51,777 nucleotides of DNA, from assembly GCA_964483915.1 (NCBI GenBank), contig CAZADL010000003.1:1-51777 (forward strand), given 5' to 3'. The stretch is from an uncultured Candidatus Saccharibacteria bacterium (GTDB lineage Bacteria; Patescibacteriota; Minisyncoccia; UBA6257; 2-01-FULL-56-20). This document shows positions 17,573 through 26,717 of this stretch, in pieces. The position numbers and the translations under genes were made by a program. The notes under the pieces were generated by a model that saw nothing but the letters and a program-made list of their open reading frames with translations, searched no databases and had not been told where the DNA came from. The stretch's first letter is position 1. Each line of letters starts with the position of its first letter.

Positions 17573-17911
17573 TTATGCGGATTTTGCCCTCAGTCGTTTT
17601 TCGACTCTCCCAACCCTGATTTTTAACGTAGCAATTTCCGCACGGGAATCAACCGTTTTCAATTGATCCTTAACTTCGTGCAGTTCACCTTCTATGAGAT
17701 CCATACGTAATTCCAAAACATCCATCCGTTGTTCTAATTTGTCCATCCGTTCTTCTAGCATGTCCATCCGTTCTTCTATCCTGTCCATCTTTTGTTCTAG
17801 TTTGTCCATCCGCATGTCCAGCGCGTCGAATCTGATATTGGACTTCTCTGCTTGTTCGAGAAATCCTCGCTGCATTATTTCCGCCAACTTTTCCAAGGTC
17901 ATTTTTTGCAT
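17573..17911 (-). CDS. Coiled-coil protein with six tandem MDxLExR heptads
   Basis: The protein reads MDKLEQK MDRIEER MDMLEER MDKLEQR MDVLELR MDLIEGE. The matching 21-nt DNA periodicity spans about 17720-17825. Confidence 0.6.
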   Translation of the reverse strand: MQKMTLEKLAEIMQRGFLEQAEKSNIRFDALDMRMDKLEQKMDRIEERMDMLEERMDKLEQRMDVLELRMDLIEGELHEVKDQLKTVDSRAEIATLKIRVGRVEKRLRAKSA

Positions 17912-17966
17912 CGTAACTCGATCGTAAAACTGCTTCCCGTAAAGTCAAGAAGTTTTTAATGAATTT

Positions 17967-18518
17967 TTAATCCGGTGGGCGGAGGTGTTTTTGAGACAGG
18001 TTCTCATATGCGCCCAAAACCGGAAGAAGTCCTGCGATCAAAATGATCGCTATAAAAAGAGCATCTTTCCCTAGCCGCGCGCCGATCTTCGCCCTATTTT
18101 CCTTGATCTCCAACGGGGAATATGACAATGCGAGAAGTATGTTCACGCCCTAAAAAACGACGCCGATTGGCACGCTCACGAATATTGAGAGAAGAATACC
18201 GACAACATTGATAAGGAACGTATAGGCGAAAATAAACGTAATAAAACCGTACCTTTCTCACGTGGCCAGTTTTTCGCCACAATCGGTTTCCAGCTTGGTC
18301 CGCGCGAAAATCGAACTGATAAGAAATGGGATGGCAAGCGTAAGCTGCAAAGAGAGGTAGATATTATTTCTGATGAGCTCCGGATTGAGGGCGATAATGA
18401 AAGTGAAAAGTATGAACGCAACCGCAAGAAGACGGAGGTTGATTTCTAGCTTTGATCTTGCCTTCGCCTGGATTATCGGTGCATTGTGCGGCATGGATTT
18501 ATTATATCGTATCGGCAC
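17967..18518 (-). pseudogene. Membrane protein gene interrupted by two in-frame stops (TGA, TAG)
   Basis: A single frame reads 86 aa, TGA (18258-18260), 35 hydrophobic aa, TAG (18150-18152), 60 aa, then TAA (17967-17969). Membrane-protein character continues across both stops. Confidence 0.5.
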
Positions 18519-19332
18519 TCGCGTTCAATTCATAGAAATTCTCGAATAATTTCGCGACGAGGATCGGACCGGTGCCGCCCGGAATGGGAGTATAAAACGC
18601 CAATCGCGAATCGCTCATCGCTAATCGCCGCGAATCAAAATCTCCGGAATATTTTCCATCGAGCGTCCCGTAGCCGAAATCAATAATACCGGCGCTGTCC
18701 TTTACCATGTCCGGCTTCACGAGACCCGCTTTTCCGACTCCTGTGATCACGATGTCGGCTTTTTTTAAAGGAGCGAGGTCGCTCACGCTCCGCAAAAGAA
18801 TCGTTTCTTTCGCCCGCCGCATGATCCAATTTGCAATCGGCCGGCCAACGAGCAATCCAAGACCGACAATCGCAACCGTAGAATTTTCAATTTTTAATTT
18901 ACAATTTACCATTATTTCTATTACGGCCCCGACCGAGGGCGGTAAAACTTTACTGCGGTCTACATAAAAAGCTCCGACGGCGCGTTCCGAAAGCACATCA
19001 ACATCTTTTTCTTTCGGAATCGCATTCAAAACGTAATACCGGTTCAAATGTTCCGGGAGCGGCAATTGAACAATGACTCCGCCGCACGTTGTATGCGCCG
19101 CGATCTTGCCGACGCCGTGCCGGAGTTCGTCGTTTGTGATCTCTCGGGGAAACCGGTAGAGACGGAAATCAATATCAAGCTCTTTCGCTGTTTTTTCCTT
19201 TTGTTTCAGAAAACTCACCGAACTTTTATCATCCCCTGCCAAAACCGCCGCAAGAAATTTCTTGGGTAGGGGTAGGGGTTTCAACCGGCCGAGAACGTCT
19301 GCCGCAATTGCTTTTCCGTCAACGACCTGCAT
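18502..19332 (-). CDS. folD: Bifunctional methylenetetrahydrofolate dehydrogenase/cyclohydrolase
   Basis: A 276-aa ORF with FolD layout: VVDGKAIA at the N-terminus, IVQLPLP, the VGRP Rossmann segment and PGGTGP. Confidence 0.9.
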   Translation of the reverse strand: MQVVDGKAIAADVLGRLKPLPLPKKFLAAVLAGDDKSSVSFLKQKEKTAKELDIDFRLYRFPREITNDELRHGVGKIAAHTTCGGVIVQLPLPEHLNRYYVLNAIPKEKDVDVLSERAVGAFYVDRSKVLPPSVGAVIEIMVNCKLKIENSTVAIVGLGLLVGRPIANWIMRRAKETILLRSVSDLAPLKKADIVITGVGKAGLVKPDMVKDSAGIIDFGYGTLDGKYSGDFDSRRLAMSDSRLAFYTPIPGGTGPILVAKLFENFYELNASADTI

Positions 19333-19407
19333 AATTTCATTGTATCATCGCGCCGCAATATTATCGACACGGCGTGGATGCCCGATAGTGTGGTAAACTA
19401 AAAAGCG

Positions 19408-20718
19408 ATGATCCGATTGAAACAATCCGCTCTCATGTTGGGCGACCTTGTGCTCCTATATGGAGCTTTGTTTTTGACGATTTATCTGAGGTACCGGAGA
19501 ATCGACGAGGAACTTCTGAACGCCCATGTGGCGCCTTTTTCCATCATCTTTATCATCTGGTTGGGGCTTTTTTATGCCGCCGGCTGGTACGACATCCGAA
19601 CCATCAGAAAAAATTTGGTCCTTCTCGAAACAGTGCTCGTTACGCTGCTTCTGGGATTCGGCTTGGCTATCATCCTTTTTTACTCCATTCCCTATTTTCA
19701 TATCACGCCCAAAACCACGCTCGCGATCTTCACGGTATTCTTCGCCTGCTGTGCGTTCTTGTGGCGCCTCGCGGTCGGCGCCGTTATAAAAACGCCGCGC
19801 GAAAAAGTGCTTCTTATAGGAGACGGTTCCGATGCCAAAGAGATCGCGGCGGACCTTGAGTATAATCCTCATCTTGGCTATAAGATCCAATTCCATATAA
19901 AACGTTCCTCGGCCGCGGAGCTCGAAAAACTGGGCGACATCATCACAAGAGAAAGCATTGACACCATCGTCATTCTGGAAACTGAACAGAACAAAAATTA
20001 TGTTGCCGCCCTGCTCTATAAAAATCTCGGGACAGGAGTAGAAATAATCCCATTCGCCGATTTTTATGAAATGGTTCTGGGGAAAGTTCCCTTGGGAGAA
20101 CTCCGCGAAGAATGGTTTTTTGAAAACATCGCGCGACGGCACCGAGGATACAATGTTGTGAAGCGCGGGATCGACATCGTAGCCGCTATTTTGGTAGGAA
20201 TATATTTTGCCGTCTTATGGCTGCCGCTCTATCTCGCGGTAAAACTCACGTCGCGGGGCCCTTTCATGCTCAAGCAAACGAGGGTTGGCAAAAACGGCAC
20301 ACTGTTCACCCACTATAAGATCCGCACGATGTATGAGCGCGATGGCGAAAACAGCTGGGCCGATCTCAGTGGCTACGTGACACCCGTTGGAAAATTTCTC
20401 CGCGCAACGCACATTGATGAACTGCCGCAGCTCTGGAACATTCTGAGAGGAGATCTTTCTCTCGTCGGTCCCCGGCCGGATCTCGCGGATTTTTTTAAAA
20501 AATTGGAGGCGCAGATTCCCTATTATGCGATTCGCACGCTCGTAAAGCCCGGGGTAACGGGATGGGCCCAGACCAACTACCCGATCACGGCCTCGCTCGA
20601 GGAAACCCGCGTGCGCCTATCGTATGATTTGTTTTATCTGAAGCATTATTCTTTTATGATTGATCTCCTTATTGTTTTAAAAACCCTGAAGACGGTCCTC
20701 ACGGCTGCCGGACGTTAA
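19408..20718 (+). CDS. Polyprenyl-phosphate glycosyl-1-phosphate transferase (bacterial sugar transferase, WbaP-like)
   Basis: N-terminal TM helices precede a C-terminal domain with KRGIDI..., FMLKQTRVGKNG, DELPQLWNILRGDLSLVGPRP. Confidence 0.85.
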   Translation: MIRLKQSALMLGDLVLLYGALFLTIYLRYRRIDEELLNAHVAPFSIIFIIWLGLFYAAGWYDIRTIRKNLVLLETVLVTLLLGFGLAIILFYSIPYFHITPKTTLAIFTVFFACCAFLWRLAVGAVIKTPREKVLLIGDGSDAKEIAADLEYNPHLGYKIQFHIKRSSAAELEKLGDIITRESIDTIVILETEQNKNYVAALLYKNLGTGVEIIPFADFYEMVLGKVPLGELREEWFFENIARRHRGYNVVKRGIDIVAAILVGIYFAVLWLPLYLAVKLTSRGPFMLKQTRVGKNGTLFTHYKIRTMYERDGENSWADLSGYVTPVGKFLRATHIDELPQLWNILRGDLSLVGPRPDLADFFKKLEAQIPYYAIRTLVKPGVTGWAQTNYPITASLEETRVRLSYDLFYLKHYSFMIDLLIVLKTLKTVLTAAGR

Positions 20719-20733
20719 ATCACAAAGAACGCC

Positions 20734-21720
20734 ATGAAAAATATTATGGTAACCGGCGCTGCTGGATATATTGGCGGCATCATGATGGACGAGCTGTTGG
20801 AAGCTTATCCCGAAGCGAATATCTTGGGAATCGATTTGCTGCCGATGCCTCCATACTTGCGGAAACAGGGGCGTGTTGCCTGGATCCAAGCAGACCTCGC
20901 GAGAAATGATTGGCAAACAAAAGCGCTTGCGCGAGGGGGGATAGACGCGGTCGTCCATTGCGCGTTCCGGATCCGCACGCCATTCGGCCTGGTTAAAATC
21001 TACGAGAACAACAACCGAGCTGCTTCCAAAAATACTTTTACCTTCGTTTTTGAAAACCAAATTCCATCTCTTGTCTATTTGAGCACGGTTGCATCATATG
21101 GCGCACGCAAGGAAAATATCGGTCGACGCCTGAAAGAAAGTGATCCATTCCTTGAGAATAAGAATCCCTATGGTTATCAAAAAAAACTCATTGAAGAGGA
21201 CTTGGGCAATCTTGTGAGCGCGTATCATCCAAAAACAAAAATCACGGTTTTGAGGTTGAATAGTGTAACCGGTCCTCGGGGCCAAAACTTATCATCCAAA
21301 TTCGGACTTATAACCTTTCTCAAAAAACTGCTTCCTTTTGTGATGGAACTCAACCCTCACTGGGCTCGCCAGTTCGTCCACGAAGACGACGTAGTGGACG
21401 CCATATTCGCTTCCATGACGCGGCATGCCGGAGAAACCCTCGCGGTTTACAACGTTGCGCCAAAACAGTTTTTGGAAACTGGGGACATTGCCCGCGCGCT
21501 CAATAAAAAAATAATTCGCCTGCCGGCGTGGCTCGCCACAACCGGCCTCTTTATCCTCTGGCCAGTGAGCTTCGGCAAGCTGATCCCTGCAAGTGCCACA
21601 AATGGACTCGTGTACCCGATCAATGTTGATGGCACGGCAATCGAAAAAGAACTGAATTTCAAATATCGCTACACCGCCCTTGAAGCGCTCCTCGGAAAAG
21701 TGGGGTGCTACGCGCGGTAG
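20734..21720 (+). CDS. NAD-dependent epimerase/dehydratase (extended SDR)
   Basis: It has the VTGAAGYIGG Rossmann motif and a YGYQK (YxxxK) catalytic motif. Confidence 0.8.
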   Translation: MKNIMVTGAAGYIGGIMMDELLEAYPEANILGIDLLPMPPYLRKQGRVAWIQADLARNDWQTKALARGGIDAVVHCAFRIRTPFGLVKIYENNNRAASKNTFTFVFENQIPSLVYLSTVASYGARKENIGRRLKESDPFLENKNPYGYQKKLIEEDLGNLVSAYHPKTKITVLRLNSVTGPRGQNLSSKFGLITFLKKLLPFVMELNPHWARQFVHEDDVVDAIFASMTRHAGETLAVYNVAPKQFLETGDIARALNKKIIRLPAWLATTGLFILWPVSFGKLIPASATNGLVYPINVDGTAIEKELNFKYRYTALEALLGKVGCYAR

Positions 21721-21726
21721 CGTCGA

Positions 21727-23067
21727 TCATTCGATCCCCGGCACCGGAAATTGCGTCGCAAGCTGTTTCACTTTCTTATGCGTTTCAATGACGAAGGGGT
21801 CTACTGCAATTTTTTTATTGAACTCCTTAATTGCCGCAGCCCGCTCCTCTTTCCCGGCAGGCAATGAAATTCCTTTGAACGTCTTTATGGCTTCCGCGAT
21901 CCATTTCCCGATCTGCTCCATCTCTTTTTCTTTCATACCGCGCGTCGTGATTGCCGGAGTTCCGAGACGGATGCCGCTCGGATAGAACGGCGATCCGGGG
22001 TCGGCAGGAATGGTGTTCTTGTTCACCGTGATGCCGATTGCGGAAAGGACGTTGCTCGCAAACACACCACCGCCGGGCCCGAAGAATGGAGTGACATCTA
22101 TGCGAATCAAATGATTTTCGGTTCCGCCGCCGACGAGTTTCATTCCTTCCTTTAAAAGAACTTCGGCGAGTCGCTTGGCATTGCGAACAATCTGTGCGCC
22201 GTATTCCCGGAATTGAGGAGTGTCGGCTTCCTTGAGTGCTATCGCGATGCCCGCCGTTTGATGATCGTGCGGTCCGCCCTGCAAGCCTGGAAAAACTGCT
22301 CGGTCAATTTTATCTACAAGCTCAGGGTCTTTTTTGAGTCCCCGGTCCGTCACCATAATCATGCCGCCGCGCGGGCCGCGAAGCGTCTTATGGGTGGTCG
22401 TTGTCACGATATGGGCATACGGCACGGGGCTCAGGTGTACACCCGCTACAATAAGACCGGCAACGTGCGCGATATCGGCAACGAAATAGGCGCCGACCTC
22501 ATCGGCGATCTTTCCAAAACGTTCAAAATCAAATTGATGTTCATAGGCCGTGGCGCCCGACCAGATGAGTTTCGGCCGATGTTCTTTCATAAGCCGCTCG
22601 ACCTCATCCATATCGATCAATCCTTCGTGGTTCACGAAATAAGGAACGCTTTTATAGAAGATCGCGGTTGCCGAGACCTTCCAGCCGTGCGTTAAGTGGC
22701 CGCCGTCAGGCAAATTGAGGCCCATGACCGTATCGCCTGGCGCGAGGGTTGCGAGATAGACCGCCAGATTCGCGGGCGACCCGGAATACGGCTGGACGTT
22801 CGCGTGCGGCACGCCGAAGAGTTTCATCGCGCGTTCACGCGCCACGATCTCAACCTGATCGATAAATTCGTTTCCGCCATAATACCGCTTTCCCGGGTAC
22901 CCCTCGGAATATTTATTGGTGAGGATGGATCCCATCGCCTCCATAACCGCGGGGGAGGTATAATTTTCCGACGGAATCATTTCAAGACCTTCTCTCTGGC
23001 GAATTTCCTCGCTTTTCATGAGAGCGTAAATATCACGGTCGCTCTTTTCAATGGCGGAATAATCCAT
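21727..23067 (-). CDS. glyA: Serine hydroxymethyltransferase
   Basis: Motifs IPSENY, YPGKRYYGG and TTTTHKTLRGPRGG (PLP lysine). Confidence 0.92.
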   Translation of the reverse strand: MDYSAIEKSDRDIYALMKSEEIRQREGLEMIPSENYTSPAVMEAMGSILTNKYSEGYPGKRYYGGNEFIDQVEIVARERAMKLFGVPHANVQPYSGSPANLAVYLATLAPGDTVMGLNLPDGGHLTHGWKVSATAIFYKSVPYFVNHEGLIDMDEVERLMKEHRPKLIWSGATAYEHQFDFERFGKIADEVGAYFVADIAHVAGLIVAGVHLSPVPYAHIVTTTTHKTLRGPRGGMIMVTDRGLKKDPELVDKIDRAVFPGLQGGPHDHQTAGIAIALKEADTPQFREYGAQIVRNAKRLAEVLLKEGMKLVGGGTENHLIRIDVTPFFGPGGGVFASNVLSAIGITVNKNTIPADPGSPFYPSGIRLGTPAITTRGMKEKEMEQIGKWIAEAIKTFKGISLPAGKEERAAAIKEFNKKIAVDPFVIETHKKVKQLATQFPVPGIE

Positions 23068-23161
23068 GGATGATTTTTAATTTACAATTTCCAATTCTGC
23101 AATTTACAATGAACAAGATTTTCATTGAAAATTGTTGAATGGTAAATTAAAATTTCTTCTC

Positions 23162-23461
23162 CTACGGTGCAATGAACGGATTCTGCCGCCCCACAGACAC
23201 CGGGCCGGTAGACGAGGGCTCAGGGACATATTGTTGGAGCGCTTGGAATTCGTCGTTGTTCACCACGTCTTGGGGGCTGACATTCCTCGTGGGAAGCGCT
23301 GCGACATTCTTCAGAATTCCGGTCGGCAAAATGATGGCCGAAGGAGGCTGGACAAAAAAGACATAGTAGATGGCCGCGACAACGATCCCCAGCACCACGA
23401 TCCATCCGAAGAATGCGAGGAAGTTGCTGCTCTTTTTTTCTTCTTCAATGACGATTGCCAT
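23162..23461 (-). CDS. Small membrane-anchored protein at the end of the pilMNO-like operon
   Basis: The 99-aa ORF has one TM helix and starts 5 nt after the pilO-like stop. Confidence 0.45.
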   Translation of the reverse strand: MAIVIEEEKKSSNFLAFFGWIVVLGIVVAAIYYVFFVQPPSAIILPTGILKNVAALPTRNVSPQDVVNNDEFQALQQYVPEPSSTGPVSVGRQNPFIAP

Positions 23462-23465
23462 GGAT

Positions 23466-24086
23466 TTATTGCGTTTGATAATAAGTTGCGACCGTTATGG
23501 TATAACTGAACGCATCGCGCGAAAGCGTTGACTTCGCCCCGGGCGCGGCTGCACTCGGCGACGGCTGGAGAGAGATCGCTTTGACGTCAAAAATCCTGAT
23601 GTTGGTTTCTATCTCCGAAAGAAGATTCTTGAAACTTTCATAACTGCCGGACGCCGCGATCCGAAACGTGAAATTGCCGAGGGGTTTCAAGGGTCCGACC
23701 GAAGAAGACGTCGCTGCCGGGGCGGTGGTCACCCGAACCTGCACGGCGGGAGGCGTGACGGCGATGCTTTCTATCGCAATATTGTTGTTAGAAGCGATTC
23801 CTTGAATTTGAGCGAGCGCTCCGGCAATGTCTTCGCCGGACGGCATGGCGAGACCCACGTTCGCAGCACCTTGTGATTCATTTTGATACGTGTTCAAAAC
23901 CGTTTGCACCTGTTTTATAAGCGCGGTCTGATTAGTGAGATAATCCGCTTCGCCAAGCTGTTTGCTCCGCAACGCCTGCATATCACCGTAGGTCGGCTGG
24001 ACAAGATCAAAAAAGAATATAAACGCGGCGACGATAAAGACGAGGGCAAAGAAGACGCTCATGAGCCGTTTGGAACTTTGTTTCAT
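23466..24086 (-). CDS. PilO-like type IV pilus assembly protein
   Basis: The start is set at MKQSSKRLMSVFF (ATGA overlap with the upstream gene). The layout is an N-terminal TM helix, a coiled coil and a beta-rich C-terminus. Confidence 0.5.
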   Translation of the reverse strand: MKQSSKRLMSVFFALVFIVAAFIFFFDLVQPTYGDMQALRSKQLGEADYLTNQTALIKQVQTVLNTYQNESQGAANVGLAMPSGEDIAGALAQIQGIASNNNIAIESIAVTPPAVQVRVTTAPAATSSSVGPLKPLGNFTFRIAASGSYESFKNLLSEIETNIRIFDVKAISLQPSPSAAAPGAKSTLSRDAFSYTITVATYYQTQ

Positions 24087-24733
24087 GGTGTTGTGGTAGT
24101 GGTACTTCCTTGCGTGGTGGTCGCGGCTGCTGGAGGAGCGGCGGCCCCTGACGTTACCGCGGGAGCTGAGACGGACGCGCCGGGTGCCCACAAGAAAACG
24201 GCTGGACGCATCGTGAGCACCATCCCAAAGGTCCAGTTGTTTAAGGAAGGCGAAAAGGTCACATTGGAAAGCGAGACTGCTCCGACTTCCGGTGCGGCTT
24301 CAAAAACAGCAACCTGTTCCGAGATATCGGCGGACGTTTTGGCGGCACCGTTCAGTGTGATTTGGTTCCCGGACGCGAAAACCAAGCTCGTATAGTAAAC
24401 ATTTGCTTCGGTGTTTCGTTCAAGCCACGTCAAAAACTGTGAAAAGAAAACATGGCCCTTGATCAGGAACTGGATATTGCTGATCTGCGAATAAAACGTG
24501 ATGAGGTTCGCCTCATCTGACGGGGAAACTGACTGCCCCACTTTTTGTATTTGACTTTCGAGCGATGAGAGCTCGCCGTTCAAATAGGGCTCGTAGCCGA
24601 ACCGCAGGCCCGCATAAATAAAAATGACAATAAAAAGGATGCTCCCCGAAAAAAGGAGGATGCCCGATGACCAGCCCGGTGTCCGTTCCGACCCATGGCT
24701 CAATTGTTCAACAACTTGCGGGGGAAGTGCCAT
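24083..24733 (-). CDS. PilN-like type IV pilus assembly protein
   Basis: It has a short cytoplasmic N-terminus, a TM helix and a coiled coil, ending in a low-complexity Ala/Thr tail. Its position follows pilM. Confidence 0.5.
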   Translation of the reverse strand: MALPPQVVEQLSHGSERTPGWSSGILLFSGSILFIVIFIYAGLRFGYEPYLNGELSSLESQIQKVGQSVSPSDEANLITFYSQISNIQFLIKGHVFFSQFLTWLERNTEANVYYTSLVFASGNQITLNGAAKTSADISEQVAVFEAAPEVGAVSLSNVTFSPSLNNWTFGMVLTMRPAVFLWAPGASVSAPAVTSGAAAPPAAATTTQGSTTTTTP

Positions 24734-24835
24734 ACGCTAAGTATAACGCGGAAAGAAAAAAGGAGAAAGTTGAAAAGTGGGAGGTTAAAAAATGATTAAA
24801 GAACCTTTGCTTTCCCGGGCTCAATCAGTACTTTA

Positions 24836-25921
24836 TCAGAGGAACTCTTTTATCCCGAGCCCCAGCCCGATCGCAAGCATGGCGTCGAGCTCAGGCACCA
24901 GAGGCTCCATGGATGGCGGGTAGGCAAAGCGTGAGAACGGAGCGATACGCACCGTCGGCAATCCAAAGGAGTGTTCAACGTAAGGAATAATGCCGAGCAA
25001 GTTCGCACCGCCGCCAGCGAGGACTATCCGTTCGGGCTTGCGCGTGGACGGAAACTGTTGCCCGTAGAGGAACTGAGCCCTCCTCACCTCATTCAGTATA
25101 ACATCGAGGAACGGGAGCATGATGGTGGACAACTCGTGGCTCGGGCCGGTGCCAAGAATGCCGCGCTCTTTTTTCAGTTCTTCTGCGCGGATCGGATTGA
25201 TGTTCAAGCTGGAGGCCAAGGCCTGCGTCAAAGACGATCCGCCATAATCGCTCTGCGTCGCCCACACCAGACTGCCCTTCTCCAAAAACACCATGTTGGT
25301 TGAACGGCTGCCGATATCAATAATCATGGTCGGCGTCGGATCGCTGCCCAAGATCCGCGCCAAGCTCAAGCTCTCAATCTCAAGCGCACGGAGCGAGAGG
25401 CCGGCCGAGAGGAACATCGCTTGATATTTTTTTATCTGTTCCTGCGGCACCGAGATCAAAAGTATCTTCTGGTGAAAAAATCCTTTCTCGTCGTCAAACT
25501 CGGCGACCTTCAGCCAATCGAGTGCTACCTCGGAAAGCGGAAGCGGCACGTATTGCTTCGCTTGGTACACGATCGCGCGCTCAATTTCTTTTGGCTCCAT
25601 CTTTGGAAAATCAAGCACCGAAATAAATGCCGAGAAGAGCGGCAGCGATGCGATAATATCCTTTGTCGAAGTGTCCATTTCACGAACGATGGTTTTGAGA
25701 AGTTCCACGATCTCGGTTTCGAATATCTTAAGGCTGCTTGTCTGGAGCGCTTGATTTTCCCGCGCGAGATAGCCGCTGGATTCCAAAATGCCGTAGTTTA
25801 CGACCTCCGGCCGCTCGTCGCCGTTCTTAATTTCGGCAACCTTTATCGATGTCGTACCGATATCCACGCCGAGATAGGAAGGAAAAACACTCGCCTTAAA
25901 AAGATTGAGAGGGTTTCTCAT
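24836..25921 (-). CDS. pilM: Type IV pilus assembly ATPase-like protein PilM
   Basis: Actin-like fold motifs YLGVDIGTTSIKVAE and IIDIGSRSTN. The start is set at MRNPLNLF (25921), and the longer ORF is an upstream run-on. Confidence 0.8.
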   Translation of the reverse strand: MRNPLNLFKASVFPSYLGVDIGTTSIKVAEIKNGDERPEVVNYGILESSGYLARENQALQTSSLKIFETEIVELLKTIVREMDTSTKDIIASLPLFSAFISVLDFPKMEPKEIERAIVYQAKQYVPLPLSEVALDWLKVAEFDDEKGFFHQKILLISVPQEQIKKYQAMFLSAGLSLRALEIESLSLARILGSDPTPTMIIDIGSRSTNMVFLEKGSLVWATQSDYGGSSLTQALASSLNINPIRAEELKKERGILGTGPSHELSTIMLPFLDVILNEVRRAQFLYGQQFPSTRKPERIVLAGGGANLLGIIPYVEHSFGLPTVRIAPFSRFAYPPSMEPLVPELDAMLAIGLGLGIKEFL

Positions 25922-25936
25922 GAGATTAATTATACC

Positions 25937-26626
25937 ATGAAATTTATCGAATTCCTCCTTAAAATCTGCTTCCCTCCGCATTGCCTCGCCTGCGGCACGT
26001 CTCTCGCAAGAGGAGTTATCTGTGAATCTTGCTTCAGGGCAATACCTGTCAACCGGTCGCTCTTTTGCGCGCATTGTGGCGCGCGGGTTCCCGATATAAG
26101 GAAAATCTGCCATAAAGACGCCCACTATCTTTTGGCAGCCGCAGGTTCTTATGATAATCCCGTGCTCCAACTCCTTATCCACCATTTAAAATTTCGCGGT
26201 GTGCGGCGCGCCGCAGAACCGCTCGCTAAACTTCTCGCAAATTACCTCGCGGACTTAGAGCTCAATACAAACGCATTCATCCTCATTCCCCTGCCCCTGC
26301 ACTGGCGGCGCCGGAACGAACGCGGCTTCAATCAAACGGAAGAGATCACGCGATATATCGTAAAACTCCTGCCGCTTCAAGTAAGAACCGATATCTTGGT
26401 GCGAAATCGCCATACAAAACCGCAAACCGAAACCACAAGTGCCCTCAAGCGACGAGAGAATATTCTCGGTTGTTTTTCGGTCGCAAAACCGGACGATGTT
26501 GCGCATAAAAATATCCTGCTCCTTGACGACGTAACCACATCCGGCGCGACCCTTGGGGAAGCGGCGCGCGTTCTCAAGATTGCTGGCGCCCGTAAGATCG
26601 TTGCGCTCACTGTAGCGAAAACATAG
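25937..26626 (+). CDS. comFC: ComF family protein (phosphoribosyltransferase domain, ComFC-like)
   Basis: It has an N-terminal CxxC...CxxC zinc finger (CFPPHCLACG, CAHCG) and a C-terminal PRPP motif LLLDDVTTSGATL. It is divergent from pilM. Confidence 0.8.
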   Translation: MKFIEFLLKICFPPHCLACGTSLARGVICESCFRAIPVNRSLFCAHCGARVPDIRKICHKDAHYLLAAAGSYDNPVLQLLIHHLKFRGVRRAAEPLAKLLANYLADLELNTNAFILIPLPLHWRRRNERGFNQTEEITRYIVKLLPLQVRTDILVRNRHTKPQTETTSALKRRENILGCFSVAKPDDVAHKNILLLDDVTTSGATLGEAARVLKIAGARKIVALTVAKT

Positions 26627-26630
26627 CATT

Positions 26631-26699
26631 GTCATTCTGAGCGACAGCGAAGAATCCTTTTCTTGCTCTCAGAAAGGATGCTTCGTGCCTCAGCATGAC
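26631..26699. repeat. Bipartite palindromic element, GTCATTCTGAGCG variant
   Basis: The unit reads GTCATTCTGAGCGACAGCGAAGAATCC ... GGATGCTTCGTGCCTCAGCATGAC, with termini GTCAT/ATGAC inverted. Confidence 0.6.
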
Positions 26700-26717
26700 A
26701 TATGCTACAATAACCCT

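Noticed and set aside
18890-18915. An AT-rich ~17-22-mer (TTTTTAATTTACAATTT...) is shared between the folD coding region and the glyA 5' flank (23070-23092). Both are one-carbon-metabolism genes, which suggests a common regulatory motif.
   Set aside because: One copy is mid-gene in folD, where it encodes ordinary FolD residues. The sequence is low-complexity A/T, and a single shared 17-mer in 52 kb of both strands is not clearly beyond chance.
19456-20142. A 228-aa minus-strand ORF lies inside the sugar-transferase gene. Similar long antisense ORFs lie inside argS (45717-46466), mraY, the carboxypeptidase gene, and the ftsE region (8883-9560).
   Set aside because: These are shadow ORFs opposite strongly supported genes and have no motifs of their own.
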